In this document: in pieces, positions 59,760-64,000 of the stretch
Numbering within the stretch: position 1 is the first letter of the stretch
How the letters are laid out: the number at the start of each line of letters is the position of its first letter
Origin: Nitrospiria bacterium
GTDB taxonomy: Bacteria > Nitrospirota > Nitrospiria > JACQBZ01
Assembly (NCBI GenBank): GCA_035498035.1
Contig: DATKAN010000043.1
Coordinates: 23,639 to 87,638, forward strand
Length of the DNA: 64,000 nucleotides
Direction of reading: 5' to 3'
Notes under the pieces: generated by a model
Told to the model about the DNA's origin: nothing
Databases searched by the model: none
What the model saw: the letters and a program-made list of their open reading frames with translations, nothing else
Made by a program: the position numbers and the translations under genes

Positions 59760-60646
59760 GATCGTACCCGGGTGCCCGAACGGGGCAGCAAGGGATGACC
59801 CAGTTTCTCACGGCTCTCGCGGTAGGCCCCGGCGCACTGTTTGGCCAAGTCCCGTACCCGTGCGATCAGTCCGGCGCGTTCCGTCACGCTGACCGCGCCT
59901 CTGGCATCGAGGAGGTTAAAGAGGTGCGAAGTCTTGACGCAGTAATCATACGCCGGAAGCGGCAGGCCCGCCGACAACAATGTCTTGCATTGGGACTCCC
60001 ACCGGCCGAAGACTTCACGGATGTCCTTCGGATCCGTCAACTCAAAATTGTGTTTGGAAAACTGGATTTCCGTCTGGTGATGCACGTCACCGTAGGTCAC
60101 CGTGGCGTTCCATCGCAGGTCAAATACGCTGTCGACACCTTGCAAATACATCGCGAGCCGCTCCAGGCCATAGGTCAGTTCAACCGAGACGGGCGAAAGC
60201 TCAACGCCCCCCACCTCTTGAAAATAGGTAAACTGGGTGATCTCCATCCCGTTGAGGCGAACCTCCCAACCCAGACCCCAGGCCCCGAGAGTGGGCGATT
60301 CCCAGTCGTCCTCGACAAACCGGATGTCGTGAACCCGGCCATCGAACCCGAGTTTTTTCAGGCTGTCCAGGTAGAGGTCTTGGATATTCTCAGGCGACGG
60401 TTTGAGGATGACCTGATACTGGTAGTAATGCTGCAAGCGGTTGGGGTTTTCACCGTATCGTCCATCCGTCGGTCGGCGGGTGGGTTGGACATAGGCCGTC
60501 TTCCAAGGTTCCGGGCCGAGCACCCGGAGGAAGGTGGCCGGATGAAAAGTACCCGCCCCTACTTCCAGGTCGTAGGGCTGATGCAGAACACAGCCCTGAC
60601 GTGCCCAGAACTCCTGAAGAGCTGAAATAATCTCCTGAAAAGTCAA
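59756..60646 (-). CDS. glyQ: glycine--tRNA ligase alpha subunit
   Basis: [19 protein letters not shown]... and conserved GlyQ core ([17 protein letters not shown]). Confidence 0.9.
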   Translation of the reverse strand: MTFQEIISALQEFWARQGCVLHQPYDLEVGAGTFHPATFLRVLGPEPWKTAYVQPTRRPTDGRYGENPNRLQHYYQYQVILKPSPENIQDLYLDSLKKLGFDGRVHDIRFVEDDWESPTLGAWGLGWEVRLNGMEITQFTYFQEVGGVELSPVSVELTYGLERLAMYLQGVDSVFDLRWNATVTYGDVHHQTEIQFSKHNFELTDPKDIREVFGRWESQCKTLLSAGLPLPAYDYCVKTSHLFNLLDARGAVSVTERAGLIARVRDLAKQCAGAYRESREKLGHPLLPRSGTRVRS

Positions 60647-60763
60647 TCGACTATCTCTCCAAACTCGGATAAAAACGCAAAGGCGGACAGCTTACGCAGG
60701 AGCATGTAAAGTTAACAAAAATGGGTCCGTATTGTCAAGCCGAATTGCCGCCGAACCGATGGC

Positions 60764-60792
60764 TTTACTGGCCGCGGGTCCTACAGTATAAT
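60764..60792 (+). promoter_or_regulatory. sigma-70-type promoter candidate (TTTACT-N17-TATAAT) immediately upstream of bioA
   Basis: Read directly; the -10 TATAAT ends about 9 nt before the bioA ATG at 60802, leaving at most a very short leader with a weak GAAGG. Confidence 0.3.
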
Positions 60793-60801
60793 GAAGGCCT
60801 T

Positions 60802-62178
60802 ATGAAAAAAGAAAGCGCCCGGAATCAAGACCGAATAGAACGCATGGAAGAGGACGCGACGCGTTACATCTGGCACCCCTTTACCCAGATGGCCGAGTGG
60901 GAAAAGGAAACGCCCATCATTATTGAACAAGGAAAGGGGGTATATCTATATGACGTACATGGCCGACGGTATCTGGACGGCGTTTCATCCATCTGGGTTA
61001 ACCTCCACGGACACCGCAAGTCCGCGCTCGACCGCGCGCTGATAAACCAGATCGATAAAATCGCACACTCCACGCTCCTCGGACTGACCCATCGGCCCGC
61101 GATCCGGCTCGCGAAAAAACTGGTCGCTCTCGCGCCCCCGGGATTGACGAAGGTCTTTTTCTCGGACAACGGCTCGACGGCCATGGAGGTGGCCCTGAAG
61201 ATCGCGTTTCAGTACTGGCGCCATCGTGGAAAGAACGGAAGGACAAAATACTTATCGCTGACCAATGCCTACCATGGAGACACCATCGGCTCGGTCAGTC
61301 TGGGCGGCATCGAGTTGTTTCACGGGCTCTACTCCCCTCTTCTCTTTCCGACCGCCAAGGTCGGCGCCCCGTATTGCTATCGCTGTTTTCTAAAAAAGAC
61401 CTATCCGGAATGCAGCCTCGCCTGCGCGGATGAAGTCGAAAGGGTTCTGACACGGCATTCCGACGAGATCGCGGCCGTGGTCGTGGAACCGATGATCCAG
61501 GGCGCGGCCGGGATGGTCACCTGGCCCCCCGGCTACCTCGGAAAAATCCGGGAGCTTTGCACGCGATACCGCGTTCTCTTGATCGCGGACGAGGTGTTTA
61601 CCGGATTCGGGCGTACCGGAAGGATGTTTGCGTGCGAGCACGAAGGGGTGACGCCGGACCTGATGGCAATCGCGAAAGGTCTGACCGGGGGGTATCTGCC
61701 GTTGGCCGCCACGCTGGCGACCCAGGAAATCTACGAGGCTTTTCTGGGCGAGTATGGGGAATTCAAGACTTTTTTCCACGGCCACAGCTATACCGGAAAT
61801 CAACTGGGCTGTGCGGTGGCCCTGGCCAACCTTGAGGTCTTTGGGAAGGAACGGGTCCTGTCGCGACTCAGACCGAAGATCGGGGCGCTGGCCGAAGGAC
61901 TGAAACCGCTGCGGCGTCATCCACATGTGGGGGAGATTCGACAAATCGGCCTGATCGCCGCCGTCGAGCTCGTGAAGAACCGATCGAATAAAGAATCCTA
62001 CCCCTTGGAAGAGCGACGGGGCCATCGGGTGGCGAAGGAGGCCTTGAAGCGCGGGATGGTCCTCCGACCCATCGGAAACGTCGTTCCGCTCATCCCCCCC
62101 TTGTCCGTGACAATCCCGCAACTCCGAAAGATGATTTCGATTCTGAATGAATCCGTTCGGGCGGCTACCAAAAATTAA
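60802..62178 (+). CDS. bioA: adenosylmethionine-8-amino-7-oxononanoate aminotransferase (class III aminotransferase)
   Basis: YIWHPFTQM N-terminal motif, FFSDNGSTAMEVALKIA, PLP-lysine region (AIAKGLTGGYLPLAA); the ORF is open upstream to 60721. Confidence 0.8.
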   Translation: MKKESARNQDRIERMEEDATRYIWHPFTQMAEWEKETPIIIEQGKGVYLYDVHGRRYLDGVSSIWVNLHGHRKSALDRALINQIDKIAHSTLLGLTHRPAIRLAKKLVALAPPGLTKVFFSDNGSTAMEVALKIAFQYWRHRGKNGRTKYLSLTNAYHGDTIGSVSLGGIELFHGLYSPLLFPTAKVGAPYCYRCFLKKTYPECSLACADEVERVLTRHSDEIAAVVVEPMIQGAAGMVTWPPGYLGKIRELCTRYRVLLIADEVFTGFGRTGRMFACEHEGVTPDLMAIAKGLTGGYLPLAATLATQEIYEAFLGEYGEFKTFFHGHSYTGNQLGCAVALANLEVFGKERVLSRLRPKIGALAEGLKPLRRHPHVGEIRQIGLIAAVELVKNRSNKESYPLEERRGHRVAKEALKRGMVLRPIGNVVPLIPPLSVTIPQLRKMISILNESVRAATKN

Positions 62179-62363
62179 GGGCGCGGCAGGCCGCTCCCCG
62201 CCGACTTTTTTTTCCCGAACAATTTACACCGCCAGCAGACCACCTTGATGGCCATGGATTGAACCTCATCCGGAACAAGCAAGAAGTAGCCCTTCCAGAG
62301 TTTTCGGCCGCACAAATCGCACCGGGACACTTTGAAATAGAGATCTTCAGAGCCTTCCGCCAT
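62175..62363 (-). CDS. small zinc-ribbon protein (CxxC...CxxC)
   Basis: MAEGSEDLYFKVSRCDLCGRKLWKGYFLLVPDEVQSMAIKVVCWRCKLFGKKK; two CxxC pairs; 31 nt downstream of the J-like/HTH gene on the same strand. Confidence 0.35.
   Translation of the reverse strand: MAEGSEDLYFKVSRCDLCGRKLWKGYFLLVPDEVQSMAIKVVCWRCKLFGKKKSAGSGLPRP
62179..62214 (+). terminator. possible intrinsic terminator after bioA (GC-rich stem plus T8 run)
   Basis: gcggcaggccgctccccgccgac followed by tttttttt directly after the bioA stop; the stem is imperfect and the region overlaps the 3' end of the convergent zinc-ribbon ORF. Confidence 0.3.
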
Positions 62364-62394
62364 ACGGTTCCCTCTCATGGCAACGTCGCCGGAT

Positions 62395-63009
62395 TTAAGC
62401 CGACTCGGAGCGCTTGGCCTGATCCACCAAAGACAAAATGCGGTCCGCCACCCGGCCGGCGTCGAGATCCAACAGGCGTGCATACTGGATCACATAACTT
62501 CGAAGATAGACGGCCGGCGGCAAGGACCGGAACTGGTTTTTTTCCAAGAACTCCAGATAGGTGATATTGATCCGGGTCTTGCTCGCGATTTCCTGAAGCG
62601 GGATGCCCCGCCGCTCCCGGATTTGACGGAGTTCGAGGCCCGTCATGGAATCGATATCGACAGGCTCGAAGGTCCTGGCGGCCGCCTTTTCCGGCTCGGA
62701 TCCGAGGATCGGCTCCGCGGCTACCGACGGCTCGGAGACGGGCAAAGAGGGAATTGGGGGACCGACCCGGCCCAACAGCTCCTGATCATAGGCCCTTCGC
62801 CGTTTTTCATCCGAAAGCGTTTCATACGCCAGATGGATCTTCCGGATGATCTCTTTGCGTTCCTCGGTATCAAACAGGGAGTAGGTCGCCAACGATTGGT
62901 CGCCGTACGTCTTCTTGGCCAACGCATAGGCCTGCTCGATCTGCTCTCGCGTTGCGGTCGTCGGGATCTCAAAAATCTCGTAAAAGGTCTGTTCCCCGAT
63001 GGGCTTCAT
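62395..63009 (-). CDS. J-domain-like (no HPD) plus RodZ-type HTH (HTH_25-like) protein
   Basis: N-terminal TFYEIFEIPTTATREQIEQAYALAKKTYGD...EKRRRAYDQ resembles a DnaJ J-domain but lacks the HPD tripeptide. C-terminal LRQIRERRGIPLQEIASKTRINITYLEFLEKNQFRSLPPAVYLRSYVIQYARLLDLD resembles the RodZ/XRE HTH. ATG overlaps the MinD-like gene stop (ATGA). Confidence 0.55.
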   Translation of the reverse strand: MKPIGEQTFYEIFEIPTTATREQIEQAYALAKKTYGDQSLATYSLFDTEERKEIIRKIHLAYETLSDEKRRRAYDQELLGRVGPPIPSLPVSEPSVAAEPILGSEPEKAAARTFEPVDIDSMTGLELRQIRERRGIPLQEIASKTRINITYLEFLEKNQFRSLPPAVYLRSYVIQYARLLDLDAGRVADRILSLVDQAKRSESA

Positions 63010-63971
63010 CGCCGCGGAACGGTGTCCACCAGGTAATCGATCGTCAACTGTTCGCGTTTGACCAGGTTGGTCGCCACTTTTTGGATGCCTCGGGCCGAGT
63101 TGGACATCGGATATTCGGACAACATCGGGCGGCGACGTTTCGTGGCCTGCCACACATGGTCGTCGTATTCCACATAACCGACATATTCCACGGTGATGCC
63201 GAAATACTTGGTGCAGGAGCTCCGCATTGAAAACCCCAGCGTGATGTCGTCCTTCGACCGGACCTGATTCACCACCAACTTCGGCCGGAGGCCGTACATC
63301 TCTTTCTTCAGCTGTTCCCCGACCGCTTGATCCATCCGGGCCACCTGCTCGATCAGATCGTAAGGCGTCCTGATTCCGTATTCATTCTTTTGGTCCATCG
63401 CTTTTGCAATGATCTCCTTTACGAAATCAACCCGGGCGATTTTCCGGAATCGCCGATAGAAAACGCTCTTAATGAAGCGGTAGACGTTTTCGATCGAAGT
63501 CGGCTCCGGCAAGACGGCCAGTATCCCTTGGTCGGCGATCAGGAAGAAATCGAGGATATTGAACGACGTGCCGGCCCCCAGGTCCAGGATGATATACTCC
63601 ATGTCCAGCTCCTGGATCTGACGGAGAAGACGCATTTTCTGGGCGTGTTTGGGATTGGCCATCTCCAGGATATCCTGCGCCCCGCTGATGAGGCTCAGGT
63701 GACGAATGCCCGTGGGAACGATGGCTTGCTCGATCCGTTTGATGCGTCCGGTGAGAAGATCCGACAGCGTGGCTTCCGGATAATCAATACCGAGGCAGGT
63801 GTGGAGATTGGCGCAACCGAGATCGGCGTCGATCAACAGGACGCGTTTTCCCTGGTTGGAAAGCGCGATCCCCACGTTCGCGGCGAGAAAACTTTTTCCC
63901 GTGCCGCCTTTACCGCCGCCGACCGCCCAGATTTCGCCCCTGGTCAAATTTGAAGGATCCCGAAGCTGCAT
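63006..63971 (-). CDS. MinD/ParA-family P-loop ATPase (FlhG/MinD-like)
   Basis: Deviant Walker A GGGKGGTGKS, Walker B-like ILDLGAG, and a C-terminal extension; 321 aa. Confidence 0.75.
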   Translation of the reverse strand: MQLRDPSNLTRGEIWAVGGGKGGTGKSFLAANVGIALSNQGKRVLLIDADLGCANLHTCLGIDYPEATLSDLLTGRIKRIEQAIVPTGIRHLSLISGAQDILEMANPKHAQKMRLLRQIQELDMEYIILDLGAGTSFNILDFFLIADQGILAVLPEPTSIENVYRFIKSVFYRRFRKIARVDFVKEIIAKAMDQKNEYGIRTPYDLIEQVARMDQAVGEQLKKEMYGLRPKLVVNQVRSKDDITLGFSMRSSCTKYFGITVEYVGYVEYDDHVWQATKRRRPMLSEYPMSNSARGIQKVATNLVKREQLTIDYLVDTVPRR

Positions 63972-64000
63972 CCCCTGTCTTTGAAGAATCCCGACATTTC

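Noticed and set aside
59756-60800. T-box or glycine riboswitch upstream of glyQS
   Set aside because: The region upstream of glyQ (60647-60800) is short and shows no specifier/T-box or tandem glycine aptamer features; it appears to be a simple divergent promoter region shared with bioA.

Overview
GC-rich (roughly 60% by eye) bacterial chromosomal segment with about 60 protein-coding genes, almost all on the minus strand and tightly packed, with several 4-nt ATGA/GTGA stop-start overlaps. All calls come from reading the sequence and the supplied ORF translations; no searches were run. Motif coordinates taken from line positions are approximate (+/-2 nt). Content in order: (i) a five-gene respiratory operon (c-type cytochrome lipoprotein, cytochrome bd-like oxidase subunit, membrane cytochrome c, PRC-barrel::Rieske fusion, cytochrome b fragment running off the window); (ii) nadK, an FprA-like oxidoreductase, tRNA-Ala(CGC); (iii) purine genes purN-purM and purH-purD...purE, interrupted by a GT2/PAP2/ArnT-like/flippase-like envelope glycosylation cassette, then tsaC and a sigma-54-type two-component system followed by two small Met-rich exported proteins; (iv) oppA-oppB-oppC without ATPase genes; (v) an ExeA-like AAA ATPase with a 990-aa TPR protein; (vi) csp, lptF-lptG, a CPA2 antiporter; (vii) a cobalamin-riboswitch-led btuF-btuC-btuD-tonB-btuB-pduO operon; (viii) ribE, ribD, a porin/PstS-like/GGDEF trio, an MFS transporter, ppdK, glyQ-glyS, bioA and a MinD/ParA-like ATPase module. 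No rRNA, CRISPR array, transposase, integrase or prophage genes were seen. The gene content is compatible with a Nitrospirota-like chemolithotroph, but that is inference only. The best candidates for something undescribed are the respiratory operon (orphan bd-like subunit plus PRC-barrel::Rieske fusion), the Met-rich exported proteins beside the sigma-54 two-component system, the glycosylation cassette embedded in the pur operon, and the MinD-like / J-like-HTH / zinc-ribbon trio at the window end.
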